A stretch of 64,000 nt of DNA from Eledone cirrhosa (GCA_964016885.1 OZ024745.1:63550001-63614000), one strand, 5' to 3'. Shown: positions 11,233 through 27,611, counted from the first letter of the stretch. Notes: generated by a model not told the origin, from the letters alone. Numbers and translations: made by a program.

Positions 11233-11490
11233 TAATAATTATTAATTAATGCTATCGTGCAATGCCTGAGCGTGAAGATTTTTTTAAAGTGAGGAAAGAC
11301 TGTGCACTGAGCCAATCCCACTCTCTGAGCGACAGTAGCTATAACCCGAAAAGAAGGAAAGGTCAACATCATCGGTAACTACTGAGTTGCCTTCTCCTAG
11401 AAGAATGCCCTGACAAAAGCATGGGGTCCTTCACTCCCAGTAGTTTAACCGCGCGATTGGATATCCATCCCGATCATTTCTATGTCCCCG
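11229..11490 (-). mobile_element. Inverted copy of the 7585-7880 repeat
   Basis: Reverse-complement match; abuts the SINE tail. Confidence 0.75.
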
Positions 11491-12051
11491 TGCATATACA
11501 TATATATATGCATATGTATACTTGCATATACATATGTATATATATACATAGTTACATATATATACATAGTTACACAGTTTGGGATGGCCATTGCATTTTA
11601 TGAGTTCTTCCGCCCTTTTATACCTACATACATACATACATACATACATACATACATACATACATACATACATACATACATACATACATACATACATGCA
11701 TGCATACATACACACATACACACATAAATACATACATCCACCTATACATACATGCAAATATACAAACATACCAATATTAATAAATAACATAAGGTTTACA
11801 CATACACAAATGTAGTTATAAAATATATAGTGTTAACTAACCTGTACTTCGGACACGTTTGGTTCCAACACGGTTATGATCGTACCAGTTTCTCCTAATA
11901 GGACCTTTCGATTTTTTGTAAATCTATAAAAGATAAAAGAGAATTTTAACATATTATTTTCACATTTAATCATTCCCCAGCCATTCAGCAGTAATTATTG
12001 TACATAGCAAAGAGAAAAACGCATAGCAATGCAAAGGAATGATACATGTAT

Positions 12052-12094
<43 letters not shown>

Positions 12095-12114
12095 AATATA
12101 TATATATGATCTCT

Positions 12115-12592
<478 letters not shown>

Positions 12593-13136
12593 CGCATGTC
12601 AGATAGCCGTGACGTTTAGCTGGAATCACTTGAATAAAAAGATATCCACTTGAATATATTTACACCTCCACCAGAGACAGAAAGAGTACTCAATTTCTCT
12701 CCGCGAAGATATCAGTGGATTATAGTTATAATGTATAGCACTTCAGACTCATCTGAGCTGGGTGGTCTAATTTGCATAACAGTACAAACTAAAACATTTT
12801 TTTATTAATTCATTCAAACGGAAATACTCTGCGTTTTTTTATTGTTGGAAATGTTAAGTATTTACTCGTTTTTTAAATGAATACACAATTTGAGCAGCGT
12901 TGTGGAACGTTAACAAATTGGTTACTATCCAGTTCATATCTCTGTATGTATATGAAAAGTGGACTTAATTTGAGTAGATTTTATTTTTCTTAGACCTTCA
13001 TCTGAGGAAGTTTACTCATATTCTTTCTAAGGAGAAATATTTTGAATTTATATATTTATTGTATATACCAAGACAAAATGTTAACATATCATCAGTTTGG
13101 AAAGTTATACAACTCAACAGCTCAAGGCAATTTATT

Positions 13137-13425
13137 CAACGTGCTATCGATTCTCTTTAAATAGCAATTAAATTTTCTTTAAATCAAATCTCACCGTCAT
13201 AAATAAGGAGAGATCACATTAGATAAGAGACTACATTAGTCAGATATAAACTAAAAAAGTTGATATAGCCACGACTGGATTATGTTTGATAAAAGGGTGG
13301 GAAATTTTTCTACGAACCAAACGTTTAAGAATAAAGGCAAAAATAAAATGGGAAAGGATTGTCACGAATGGAACTCCTTTGGTTAGAGATCTGCTCAGTT
13401 AAAGCTGACCTGGGTTAAACAACAA
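13137..13425 (+). repeat. Old dispersed repeat family (AAATAGCAGCCAAAT-type); related copies near 17640-17840, 18485-18660, 19230-19380, 40060-40197, 46630-46825, 57395-57690
   Basis: Recurrent degenerate motifs GCTAGAAATAGCAG, CATTGGATAATGTA, GGTCTGCTC...GACCTGGG(G)CTAAACAAC in both orientations. Confidence 0.5.
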
Positions 13426-13911
13426 AACCATTATTTATTTATTTATTTGAAGAGTAGTTTGCGGATGACAAATATCAACCAACGTTCTACTAACACACTA
13501 TTCCAGTGACCTAGTGACGGGGTCATTTTTTTGTTCTATTGACATTTGGGTCACTAGGAAATTTCTATAGAAAATGAAGCGTCCCCCTCAACATTCCTTC
13601 CTCACTCCACTGCTGACACAAAATAAATAAATAAATATATATAGATCAGCCCACATAAAAGAAAGCAAAGCAAGTAAAGAAAAACATTGAAAGAAAATAA
13701 AAAATAGAGGAAAAATAAATAAAGGAAAAAAAAATACATGGAAAGAAAAAAAGGAAAACACGTTGTTGAGTGACACTAACAAAAGGAACTATACGTGGAA
13801 CCTATCGACATGTGTGTATATGTATATAATGGCTCATACATATATAACTGCACATGTACACGCATAAGCGAAACACAAATAAATACACACATATGTATAT
13901 GTCCCTCCTTC

Positions 13912-14432
<521 letters not shown>

Positions 14433-14435
<3 letters not shown>

Positions 14436-15060
14436 TGGCTGCCAACTCGTTTTCGAGTACGGCCACTACTTTATATCCACGTAGGAGAACCCCTACCGAA
14501 GCGCTGAACGAGTGTGACTTTTTAGTCCAGCCAGCGACTTGAAAACTCTGGTACAAACACTACACTTGTGACAATTATTGACACATAGTGCTGGGCCCAT
14601 GGTACCATGTGAGGACAAGTGCAGAGAGATCTCCAGATATAAAGCAATGCCTGTGCCGTGAAGCTTTTATAGTGAGCAAAGGCACTGCACAAAGCCAGTC
14701 CCACTCTCTTAACCAAGATGATATTTACCATAAAGAAGAACAAGTCAACATATTTGGATACCATCAGGGTTGCAGGTGTTATATCAGAGTTTTCCTTCTC
14801 CTAGAATTCTGCCTTGACAAAGGCTAAGGGGTCATCTTTCCCGGTGATTTTGGATGGCCATTGACTCTTAAGAGCTCCTTTGCCCTTTGACAGGTTTTGT
14901 TTTTAGTCCTGCAGGATGTCCAAAGTCACCCTCCTCACCAAGAAACCTTGGTGGGGCTGCCAGTTTAGTCGCCAACGACCCGACCATGAGACACGTTGTA
15001 CTGGGATACATGTTACCAGTAGCACCAACTGGTGACCTGACAAATGCTAGGGGTCCTTCA
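14433..15060 (-). mobile_element. GC-richer insertion in (TA)n, RTE 5'UTR-like
   Basis: Minus strand GAAGGACCCCTAGCATTTGTCAGG and CTAGGAG-AAGG-like motifs shared with 7585-7880. Confidence 0.5.
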
Positions 15061-15121
15061 TACATACGTTTATACATATATATATATGTATAAATATATA
15101 TGTATAAATATTTGTATACAC

Positions 15122-15168
<47 letters not shown>

Positions 15169-16792
15169 CGAGAATGTGTGTGTGTGTGTGTGTGAGTTTG
15201 TGTGTGTGCGTGTGTGTGTGTGTGTATGAGTGTGTGTGAGTAATATGGAATAATATTATATGTGATTATACACCAACAAAAGTGTATGCTTACATTCATG
15301 CACGTCAGCATTATTATGTAGGGCATGTCGCCTTAGCTATTTTTGGCGTACGTGAAGGCAGTCACAATTGACATTTCTAAGAGTACGAGAGATATCCGAT
15401 AGGGCAATAGGAAGAGAATCAAGACAAACAGACACTAAAATGCATAAAGGAGGGCATACTGACAAAGACTAATATTTATTTGCTGATTATACACTTATTC
15501 ATTTTTTTAGCTCGTTTTACTCACTGAACTACGATCTTCCTGAGACATATATGGGCATATTTCTATTTCTGGATTTCCAGAGGTTTCAGTTGGTAAGAAA
15601 TATGAAACAGACGTGATTACATTTTGAAACCAGTGTTAATGCAAAGATAATTCAAAATTATTGATATATATGATCTTCCATTCCAAATTAGGTTTCGATT
15701 GCTCATTTTCTTCATATTTAGCTACATCTGATGTGTCCTATGTTGGAGAGTTGTCAGTGCTCAGGGGGTAGTTTCGGGGTCTGGCCTATTGTAGCTGGAT
15801 TTGCATATGGGAATGTGTAGACTTACAGGAATGATTGAGATGATGTTAAGACGGCTTTGATCTGACAAGGAATCATATATATATATATATATATTATGAT
15901 GATGATCTAGTTTTCAACCGTCTCGAATTGAGTGGCTGTTACCTGAAGTTGGACTAGCTGCGCGCACCGATATTATCCAGCCATCTTGCTGTATCACCTG
16001 CCGGTTTGTATTATCGGTACAATCTGCCAACCGATAATGAGAATCTGGCTAGGGAGAGATCTTCTATGGATTGTGTTACTGAAAGTCTTTTAGAAAGATT
16101 TAAGGTAATGTTGCTGGAGAGAACCCTGATTATATGCCAATTTGTTGAAATAAATTTGCTTCTCACAGAGTCTCCGCGATGGGCGGGAGAGAGACAAGGA
16201 GGATAGAAAGTATCCTCCAACAGGGTCCTTCGCCGGATTGATTGTATCGGAATTGACTCTTTGTTGTCGGGTTAAAACGGATGACTTTTTGTTTATCACT
16301 CAATTAATTTACGGTGGGATTTAATCTCTGAATGCAACATCCATATCGAATCTACCCAGCTTACCCCACTACACAGATTCTATTCTTTATTTGTTGACCC
16401 GGAAGGATAAAATACATGTTGATTTGGTGGGATTTGAATTCAGAACATAAGGAAACGGAATATAATACCATAAAGTATTTTCGTTTGACTGTCTAAGGCT
16501 TTATAAAAGTAATTTTCGGGGAAAAAAACAAAACTTGCTGGGAGGGGTTTAAAACAACCCATATAGAAAAAAGATGGAAAAGATCGAATGATTGGAGAAA
16601 GAGAGAGAGGGGTTTGAGGTAAACTGCAAAGGAGAAAGGGGAAAGCAAGAGAGAACTGGATAGACTGAGAGCGAGGGTGAGTGAGAAAACTGTGCAAGGG
16701 AGTTAACGGGGGAAAATGTAAACACAGGATTCGTTCACCAACACAGAGTTCTATAGTTGGATGGTGTTAGATAAACACAGGGAGAAAGCTGA

Positions 16793-16853
<61 letters not shown>

Positions 16854-16949
16854 ATTCAAATATCTTTATATTTAATATTTGTGTGTATCTGTGAATGTGC
16901 ATGTGTATGTGGAAGAGAAAAAAAGAGTATGCAAGCAGAAGTAATTGAA

Positions 16950-17015
<66 letters not shown>

Positions 17016-18016
17016 GAATGAAGAATAGATAGAAAGAGAAATAGAACACGGTCACAAAATATAATCATAAAATATAACGACACTCATCAGGTACAAGTAT
17101 CATATCGTAGAAGTCGATATGTGACTGGTGAGGGAATTTGAAATAGCAGGTAAGTAGGATACGTTTGTCTATTGAAAACTAAACCAAGCCCTTCTTGTTT
17201 TTCCTTTCTTTCCCCATTCAGCCTAGTCATCAGGCATTCTTTGTTTATGTGTCATAACAACGGTATAAAAGGCGAAAGTGCTATCTCTTAAAAATCCCCA
17301 AAATCACGCCATATCAGGCCATATCTTATAACCAATCTTAAAACAGCGATAGGGAGTCGCAGTTGGCAAAAGTGATATAGTGTTCAAGACATCACGGTTC
17401 GGATCTTAGCCCCAGTATTGGGTTCTGTTTATGGACAAAATATTTAAATATTTGCCTGAAACCGTCCTGGATTTATATTATAAAACTACTAATTTTAAAT
17501 TGTTTATCCTAATATTAAAAAAAATTAACAATTCTATTTTAGATATTTATCTTAAGTAATGTTCCGAATATCAGGTTACTAATGAAATTATTTGAAATAC
17601 ATAGGTAGTGTATATAATTAGAAATACAGTGCATTTTGTATTTTTTGTTCAGCTCTAAATCTGCCATGACCAAGGAGACCTATGATAGAAAGACGTTCCA
17701 GCTATGACCAGCATTTTCTTTTTTAAAGTATGAAATGTATTCTTCCTTCTTTAAGACCAAGGGCTAACATGAATGTTTCTACATGATCACTCGATCTGCT
17801 ACCATTAGCAGCTAAATCTCTCACAAAATATACCCTACCTATACGTCGATACAATTCATAAGTACAGCTAAATTGTATAAGAAGCGATATCGTAGTGCAA
17901 TTAATAGGTGTATTTGTGCTCAGTTACTCCCACATTATAATTTGTTGAAGTATGGGCTAGATCCAAATATACTTATATATATATATATATATTTATATAC
18001 AGTATATATATATACA

Positions 18017-18082
<66 letters not shown>

Positions 18083-18248
18083 GTGGCTCACTGATATACG
18101 AACAACCACTATTCGCGTAAACATCAAAGCCTTTACATAGTCGATCAGCTTGCAAGACTTGTGATTAGTCCTATGTGCCTCATAAGAAGACAACAGAATG
18201 ATGGCTGGAATGTTTTTTGATCATAGGTCTGACCGACATTTTTCTAAG

Positions 18249-18443
18249 TAATAATTGTTTCTACTTTTGGCACAAAGACCAGCAAATACCTAGTGCATTA
18301 CTGGTACTTTAATTTATTGACTCCGTAAGGATGAAAGGCAAAGTTAACCTCGGCGGGATTTGAACTCAGAATGGCAAGGTCCGTAACTCTATGCATTAAA
18401 GCAGTGCGTCCGACCCTTTACGGATACTGCCAATCTACCGCCT
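18249..18443 (-). mobile_element. tRNA-derived SINE (major family), full length
   Basis: Reverse complement of the 10548 family. Confidence 0.9.
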
Positions 18444-19872
18444 AATAACAATAACTATTAAGGTAAAGGACAAATTTAATTTTGGTTGTCGGTGTTTAAG
18501 GCGAGGTCAGTCTCGATCGATCCGACTGTGATCACAAACATTCTAATCGAAACCATACATTATGTTGGTATATCAGAAACTACGCCGTTAAAAGTAGAAG
18601 ATGTAGCTTGATAAAGACTTAACTGCTATTTTGCTATTTCTAGAAGGTTGAACAACTTCATAAATATTATCTACACAGCCACATCTCCCTCAAATTTCCG
18701 ATATTTGTATTAAAAAGCAGAGCATTAAAGACAGTTCTAAATATATTACGCCTGAAAATGTTACTGGTACATGATCAATGGTTATACGTTGGATTAGGTA
18801 TGCCATGGTGCTAAATATAAATGGCAACATGATCATCAATCTACAACTAATAATTGAAAAAGGAAAGATAGATTTATTGTCGAAAGGCTGCTTATACCCA
18901 AAATGTCCCCGTAGATGAATAAAATTATAGAATATACGAAATGGAATGTAATGAGGAATCAATTCAATTGAAGAATAATTTAGAAGTGGGTAGTCTCTAT
19001 TATATTTCCTCACATATTACACTCTCAACTAATAGAAGTATTTGGTGGGTGTATCTTTATTTTGAAGCAAAAGGCTTAAAATCATCGTTAACACAATTTA
19101 CATCTTTAATGTAGAGCCTTTTCTATTAATCCACTTTAAAAAAGTATAAAGTAAAATTTCGAAAATTTTTCTCTCTTCAAAAACATCAAATATCATATAT
19201 GTATTTGTCAAGTGGATTCATTTTAATATACGTGCTAGAAATAGCAGACACATTTCTCTAAAATTATATTCTTTTGCACTAGAAAATGATACATTGGATA
19301 ATGTAACCCAGAAGATAACACGGAAAGTTTTGTCCCCATGTTTACTCGAACATGTTCTACCTGGGACTAAAAATATTAGCAACTCTAGAAGCTAATACAA
19401 AGTTGGTATGTGAAGAATAAAAGTTAACTTTGCAAAACAATATCTAGAAATAACGTGACCGATGTCTGATATATTAAAAGAAGCACCTTTATTGCAATAT
19501 CACATAAGCAAAACATGTGACCATGAAGAACACGTATGAATCGCACGACAGATGTGTTCATTTAACTGACAATGGGTAGATTTCATTTAATGCTACACTT
19601 TTCAGTGCTTAGCAAAGTTTAAAGTATTTAATCTTTGGATTATTTGGACACAGCCATAAGAAAGAATGGCTTAGAGTATTTATTAATCATCCATATAGAG
19701 CATGAGCTCAATATCAGACAGGGCCATCCCCTTTCTTCCATGTATTATTTTCTGAATATTGAATAATATTGAACAAGGTGGTGTATTAGCATTCGTTAAA
19801 ACTTCAGACAATGATTTGAGATATCTGATATATATATATATATATATATATAGATAGATAGATAGATAGATC

Positions 19873-19905
<33 letters not shown>

Positions 19906-22020
19906 GTCATATTTGCACTAATATAGCGGTCGACCATATCCTTTTTACACACATTGCAGATATAATTATATGTGGAGCCTTGATTGTCCCTGTTCATTGA
20001 CAGAATTTGAATCTCTTGAGAAAATCCAAATCCACAATCCGAAACGACGGAACAAAGACCCCAAGGTATGCATCTCATTCGACATATTAAGAGTCATATT
20101 ATATCAACTGCCCTGGCTTATTACTTTATTTATCGAATCTAAAAAGATGAATTTATAGCCCTAAGCTCTAGCGGCTCTTATATTATACGCCTTTTATATT
20201 TGATGTACAATGCAAATATAAACATTTCAGTTGTTTCAATCATTTCATTGTGATTAATAGGATGTATCGTTGTAAAATGATACATCAATATCATGTAGGT
20301 TGGTGTCATCGATGTGTTTATTTATCGTGATATGTTTAGCTTTCTGTTGGTCGTATTTTTCACTGAATTAGTTAATTACGTACACTCAATTTCCACCATC
20401 ATTTAATCTCTATTTGTATTATTTATTTTCATTTCCATGTTGTGAATGATCGATAGTACATAAACTATGACTGGTTGTGTTTATTGTTTAGGAACAAGAT
20501 ACTTCTCATATATCAGCTCCGACTTACTTGTTGTACATGTAAAAATATATCATATATGTAAATAACTTGAGTACAGATTACATAATTAAATGATAGTCCT
20601 TAGACCTCTTAGTTTTTACTTAAATATTCATATATATATATATAGAGAGAGAGAGATGACCGGTGGGAATTATTTTATTGTTTTAATCTAATATGGTGTA
20701 AATTTAATCTTTGTGCTCATCACATAGATTTTACTTTTGTTTATCAGAAGTTATATTCAATTTTACACTTACCTAATTTCGTTAAGATAGTATTGTCATA
20801 GAATGTTATATCAAAATGTGAAGCCTTATAGCTGTCATAATTTTGTTTTTACCACTGTGTTAGTTTATCTAGAAAACTTATTTAAATTTTAAGTACCGGG
20901 AAAAATGTACTCAGTACTATAGCAGGATATAGTAACATATTCTGGCTGATTCAATATGTTTTATCTTGTAGCTATCATTCTATTGATATATATAAGAAGA
21001 ATCCACCACCGATCCAGCGAGACTGGAGACGCTATATATAAAACACTATATATAAAAAATGTCTAGCATAAAGCATATGACCCCAAATGTGGAAGATATA
21101 TATACTTAATTAAATTTATTTTATAAGGAAATTCTAATCAAGACCGGAATCTAAATGCATTTTGTCTGTAACTAACGATTCTGCCAACCCACCATGCTAC
21201 ATAACTAACACATACTTCGTTAAGGTTTGAAGTTCAGCTGATTTCTGTGAATATACATAGACTTAAGAAGGCTAGTTAACTGTGGTCGAATGTGGTGCTG
21301 CCATAGAGCGTTTTGATGTGAGCGTTTGCTAATGTGGTTTCATGGGGTACAGAACGTTAAGCTTTAAAGAATGTAGTGTATTATTAGGGAAAGGTTGGGT
21401 GACTATTCCTGCCATGTCAAATATCTGCACGGAGGTTCCATTAGCTGATCGTGAAACACGGTATTGTTGTTACACCTCCAGGTCAAGCGGATCAAATAAC
21501 CCTATAAACAAAGATGATGATCAGGTGACCTTTATTCTCTATATACATAACCACTTTTTATGTGTTCTTCCAATTTTAAACGAGGGAGATTTGGGTGTTA
21601 TTTCCAACACTTCAAGCCACCACGTTTGCGTCTTGATTCGAAAAAAGGGACTCAATAGGTTATACTGCTCACCGTATATGGATATCTAAGTCAACTCATC
21701 CAATTTTGCTAAATTAATTGGCAGGATTTTAAATAAGAACGAAATGCCTACACAATTTGGCAGATCTGCAGCTTTTAGTACAGAAAACTTGAAAAGTAGG
21801 ATAGAGAAAAATCAACAAGAAAAGAATAATAATAAAGCAACAAACAATAAAATTAATAAGTAGTTAAAGCATAAATAAAAAACACACATAAATAGATTAA
21901 TTACATTTACTCATTAAGACCAATGGATAGCTTTAGTATATGGTAGAATTGTAGAAATTCATACTAACTACTATCCTGTCATTTAAAAATATTTGGACAG
22001 AATTCACAGAGAGAGAGAGT

Positions 22021-22056
<36 letters not shown>

Positions 22057-22695
22057 TGCACACCCACATACGTGTGTTCACGAAAATAACATACATGTTT
22101 ATACTCTTACAGGTATACAACTATAGACATTCACACATACAGAAAAAAATAACGAAGAAATTGGCAGGTTATACAACTGAGGTATTTTATATGCCATTCT
22201 ATTCTCTCAAAGACAGTAGCACTGAACGCATTCTATAGGCCTTAAATAGTGTCAATAAACGAAAGCTATGGTTTCTTATAATAATTCTCCCGCGTTCTTC
22301 CATTGAATAAAAGAACAAGTACTTCCGGTACTTAACTATCACTGAAAACGAATACTTTAATTGGGTGAAATAGTCGAAACCGCTCAATGGGTCAATGCCG
22401 TTAGTTCACACCTCGTTCTAGATATATTTCATAAGCAGTACAAATACGCCCACATACTCGAACCAATAGTTCTATTTAAAAACTCTCTAAAGCTCTTAAA
22501 CACGTGCAGTAACGTGTGTGCATGCGCACACGCATCCAAACAGATTGGGATATCGTTGTCTGCAGATAGTGCATGCTGAAATGTTTGTTTTTCTTACGTA
22601 TTTTAGACACAAGTAAAGCAAGTAAATATTTTATTAAGACATGGGTATTAGGAGGCCGTATACACACACACACATATATATATTCTTACACACAT

Positions 22696-22751
<56 letters not shown>

Positions 22752-22970
22752 ATTTGTATGTATACACACAAACAGGCGCAACTCCAAATTAACAAGATTG
22801 AGCGACCATGCAGAGTCTACAACGTTGGCTAATGTATTGCATATTAAATGACGAGGCACAATAAAACGCGCCCCAATTTAAAGAACGGAAAATATGTGTA
22901 AGTCAATTGGATGGACATCATTTTTCATAGAAGTTATCTGCATAATAACAAACATATACGATAGTATATA

Positions 22971-23129
22971 CAGTAAAATTCCGTTATAACGAAATTCACG
23001 GGTTATAAAAACATTAGTTGTAAAGAAAAATTCTTTATAATGAGATCGACCGAATCAGACCGAGCGTGTAGCCGGGGTTTAAAAAAAATTCGTTATGCTG
23101 AAAGATTCGTTATAACAGAATTTTACCTG
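22971..23129. mobile_element. Tigger/pogo-like MITE
   Basis: TIR CAGTAAAATTCCGTTATAACGAA / TTCGTTATAACAGAATTTTACCTG, flanked by TA on both sides. Confidence 0.8.
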
Positions 23130-25276
23130 TATATATATTCAAGTGGCAAACATTAAAGATATCAATAAATATTTATGCAGCAAGAAGATGACATTGCTTC
23201 AATAAATAATATTATTTTACACAATTTGTCAAATTCGGGAGACAACTGAGGACGTGTTTTCGTTTTACTCTGAGTGGATATGTGTTTATGAATTGTGGTT
23301 ACTCAATCAAAATTAGAGTATTTATGTACAACACAGCTACGTTTCTAATGAAAACCTGCAAGATGTTTTGAGGTATCTATAATAATAACCATTTATAGAG
23401 TTTAAATTGAAGTCAACAGTTATTAGGATAATACATACATTTTTATGGAGGGGGAAATATAATTGAGTGACGCATTTTCTCAGGAGCAAAATGAACTGAA
23501 ATTGCTACAGTTGAAGGCCGTGATTTGGGCGATAATCAAGGATCAACCTCTAAAAAAAGCCTATCACCATTATATCAGGATTCACCTCCAGAAACACACA
23601 CACACATACACACAATGAGTATAGTAGAATATATTAAGGCAGTACTTTAATGTTTCATATTCTACCAACCTAGGAATGATGAATTATAAAATTAGACCCG
23701 AAAAGATACGAACTCAAAACTTAAATATATTTAACTACATACCATAAAGCATTTTGTTCCTCATTCTATATAGTTTATCGAAGTAAAAAAAGTGTTTCGT
23801 TTTTCTTTCTGCGTGGTTTAGAAAATTATTTCTTATCTTTGAAGTTAATCTTAAGTAAACGAATATTTATTAGGCGTGAGTGATTAGCATAATTGCTTCA
23901 GATTCATGATCTGTAGCTTTGGAATACATCAACAGAACCTATACTCTGTGTTACTGTGCAATTCACGGTAATCCAACATTTCATAGATGTCTTTACATCT
24001 ACGAAACCATTGGTAATGCATGAATATAAAAAATCTCTTAATATGTCCGAAACGTTAAAATAATTGTTCTGCTTTGTCACGCGTTAAACTAATATAATTC
24101 TTCAATGAACTGTGTCGTTTGCTTTCTTATTTCTGTTTAGGTTTTACACATACACACACAGACACACATGCATACACACACACACATGCATACACACACA
24201 CATGTTACATCTATTTGATATTTCGTATTCTCAAACACTGCAGCGTTATACAATGTTATGTAGTTGGTGGCAATGGTAACGGATGTGTTCAGTCCTATGT
24301 TGTATGCCCCATGCACACATACATACAATCACACACACAAACACACATCGACACACACACACAACTCAATTTAAAGATCTATATATTAACCTTTGGCGAC
24401 TGATTAATATGGTCACATATTCTGAAAACCTTTTAATTTTTTTAACAATATCATATTGAATCTATCAACCAGCTCATATGTGTCATTTTAGCTGCCTAGT
24501 CTGTTGCAGGTGCTCAGAGTTAGACTTTAGGTTAGGGAACACATTCAATTTTAGGCTGTCAACTCGATCGAGCCAGATAAGGAGAGCATAACAATGTAAA
24601 GTTTGCTGTACTTTTATGGCTGTCTTTGGAATTATATGTCTACTTATTTGACAGGGAGAAGAAAAACTATGATAAATTCTCTAAGAATTTCTTCCCTGCC
24701 CCACTACCATCATCCTTTTATATATACTGGAGGCTCAGTTCGAAAAAAAAATGTATAAATAATATAGGATAGTAATATAATTGACCTGGACAGAAATGAT
24801 GGTTGTCGTGGTGGTACTGGGGTCGAATGGAAGAATGTGGAAAGTAGACGACATATAAAAACAATAGTTACTGTAGTTCAAGGCTCCAGATAAAGAAAAG
24901 ATCAAGTAAACATAAATATATAACAGAAAAATAAAATAGGGAATGATAGACAGAACAAAGTGAAGGGAGAGATGACAGAAAAAGAAGAGACCTCATGAAA
25001 TAAACGATAAATATGAAAGAAAAAAATGAAATAGGGAGAATATCATTAATGAATGAGGGGCTGGGTGTAATGAAGGGGAAAAGGGAATAAAAATGAAAAT
25101 CAGGCATCCTTGATGTTTAGGGCGAGAAACGATTAAACAATATTAGACGTAGTTAATATAATCGACGCCATGGAGGAACGCTCTCCCCCAGTCACTTAAA
25201 CTGTTAAAAGTAACAATTAAAGCTCTCACAGATATCACACTATCCCAGGAAAAAAGACATAAAACGAAATAATATA

Positions 25277-25402
25277 TAATTGTTTCTACTTTAGGCACAA
25301 GGCCAGCAATTACCCAGTGAATTACTGGTACTTTATTTTATCGACCCCGTAAGGATGAAAGGCAAAGTCAACCTCGGCGGGATTTGAACTCAGATCGTAA
25401 AG
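25277..25402 (-). mobile_element. 5'-truncated SINE (major family)
   Basis: Near-consensus match. Confidence 0.9.
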
Positions 25403-26829
25403 GGAATCATATATAATGTAACCCTGTGTATAATGTGTCTAGGAAAAAGATGGCATGGTCACGGCTGAAAAGACGACTATAGCAAGTCTGTTCAGTCGAA
25501 AGCTAAATAATATCTCACAACAATCGACACCATTTTACCAAATGTAAGTTATAGGAATACTAGAAAATTGTAAGTGTTCCTTCTATAGATCCCTCAGTCA
25601 TATCCTTCCATATTGTTGAACTAATGATACATTTCACAGAATGTAAGAAGTTTTCTTGTAAAATAAAAAAAATAGAATCGCAGTTAGATATAATCTGAAA
25701 ATAAAATTCAGTCATATTCCTCTAATATTCTGCCAGTCCTAACTAAGAGTCTTTATATGAGTATGAAATCGATACCTGTGTGTGACAAGCCCGGAAGATG
25801 AAACATACACCTGACATCGGCGAAATCTGAATTCAGAAATTAAAATCTCACAATTAATTACTACAAGGCTATAGTGATTCTGATAAGGCATTGCTATGAG
25901 TCATATTGCCTCAATAAAGAGCCATTGTAATTGTTTTCTTGTACTTTCTTAGGAGTTGTGAGACGGTCGTGGAGATCTGAGCAAGGAATTAATAATTTTT
26001 TCACATTTAGCTTCCTACAAAAATACCGTTTAAAGAAAGCATAGAACATGTTGACCAATACCTACAGCTGCTATAAGGAATGACGAATCAACATTTAAAA
26101 ATCCTTGTCTTTTGTCTGTTCCCGGATGAAGGGAAAGGATCTAAAACCTTAGATTCTTCCATCCAAACGGTAATTGAACAGATAATCACTAGTTTCGTCG
26201 GCATTTCACGCCTTATATAGCCAAACCATATTTTTATATCATATTATATGACCAACGAAACAAAGGTTGCTTCTATCCTTTTTGAGGGGTTTAGCTGGAT
26301 GTTGTCATTATCTGGTGAGTTACTGCTCGATAGTCCATGTTTAGCTTTCGTACGATCTTTTGTAAAGGGCCCTTTATCGAGAACTATGAATTTAGGTAAT
26401 GCAGGAATCGTAAATTCCATTTGTTTATTTACATTTATTTCTTGCGGTTAGAGAATGGAGTACTGCTCAATCCGTTTGTTCAGCTGTTTCTTTTGTTTTA
26501 AAAACAGATCAGCAATTTCTTGAAATTAATAGTAAAATGGATTCACAAGCTATTGTAGGTGAAAATATATATTATTTCTATATTTATTATATTGGTCATA
26601 TTAAGTACTCCTGTTTTGACACATGCAACTTACTTCAGCTCTCTCTTACACAGACACATATATATGTACATATATAAATTACCATAGCAGTATACATAGT
26701 GAATATAACTTAATAGCTTTCTAAATATTATCTATTTATAAATATTCGTCTATTTGTAATCCCTTTCTATTTTGTTATCATTCATACACTCATATCTCCT
26801 CTCTTATAAAATTATTTAGGTAGGTTTGT

Positions 26830-27058
26830 AAAGACCTTCTTCGGTCACGTATGACCATGGAATTTGCACCTAGAAAGTTTCCCTCCGATACAGTTTGATA
26901 GCAGTGACGTCACAACTCACTTCTACAGCTGAGTAAACTGGATCAGCGTGAAATAAAATGTCTTGCTCAAGGACACAACGCGTCACCCGATCCGAGAATG
27001 AACTCACAACCGTCCATTTGCAAGCCCAATGCTCTAACCACTAAACAATGTGCCTTCA
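26830..27058 (-). mobile_element. Second tRNA-derived SINE family (CORE-like)
   Basis: Minus strand GAAGGCACATTGTTTAGTGGTTAGAGC...GTTGTGTCCTTGAGCAAGACATTTTATTTCACGCTG; matches 28710-28822. Confidence 0.8.
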
Positions 27059-27109
27059 GGTAGGTTATATATATATATATTATATCATTTGTGATTAATA
27101 AAGAAATCG

Positions 27110-27580
27110 TTAGTCCATTGTTCAGATGGTCTCGCCGTCTTCCTTCGAGGAGGAAGGGCAGGCGGTTTTCATCTGCCTGGTGGCCATGGCAAAAGAGGTT
27201 GTGTGGTGGACAACGTTGAATGGGTTAAAGACAGATACTTTCCTCTTCAGATACTTTCCGCTCTGAATATACGTCTGTAGTTTGAGAAATGAAAAAATTG
27301 AGAGAGGGCAGCACTTGTCCTGGTGATCAGGGTGGCCGTGGTCTTTTGTGCGGTTTTCGCCACGAGTAACCCTCAGAGGTTTCCCCCCTATTGGGGAATT
27401 TTTTCATTGTTTCAATTTTCATTTTTATTGGTTATATATATATATGTTTCTATGTCTTTTTTTTTTTTTATATAAATAATAAAAATCTTTACACGCACAA
27501 AACCCACATCGAACCGTCCTGTGCCGTCTGTAATGTTTATCTTGATGTCAGCCCTCGTGGCCAATAAAGAAATCATTATT
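27110..27580 (+). mobile_element. L1/Tx1-like LINE 3' end
   Basis: Remnant EEEGQAVFICLVAMAKEVVWW..., T-rich 3'UTR, terminus GCCCTCGTGGCCAATAAAGAAAT followed by (ATT)n. Confidence 0.55.
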
Positions 27581-27611
27581 ATTGTTTTTGTTGTTGTTAT
27601 TATTATTAGGA

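Noticed and set aside
15905-16300. GC-richer island with overlapping short ORFs
   Set aside because: No recognisable motif in any frame; probably an old TE fragment that cannot be classified by eye.
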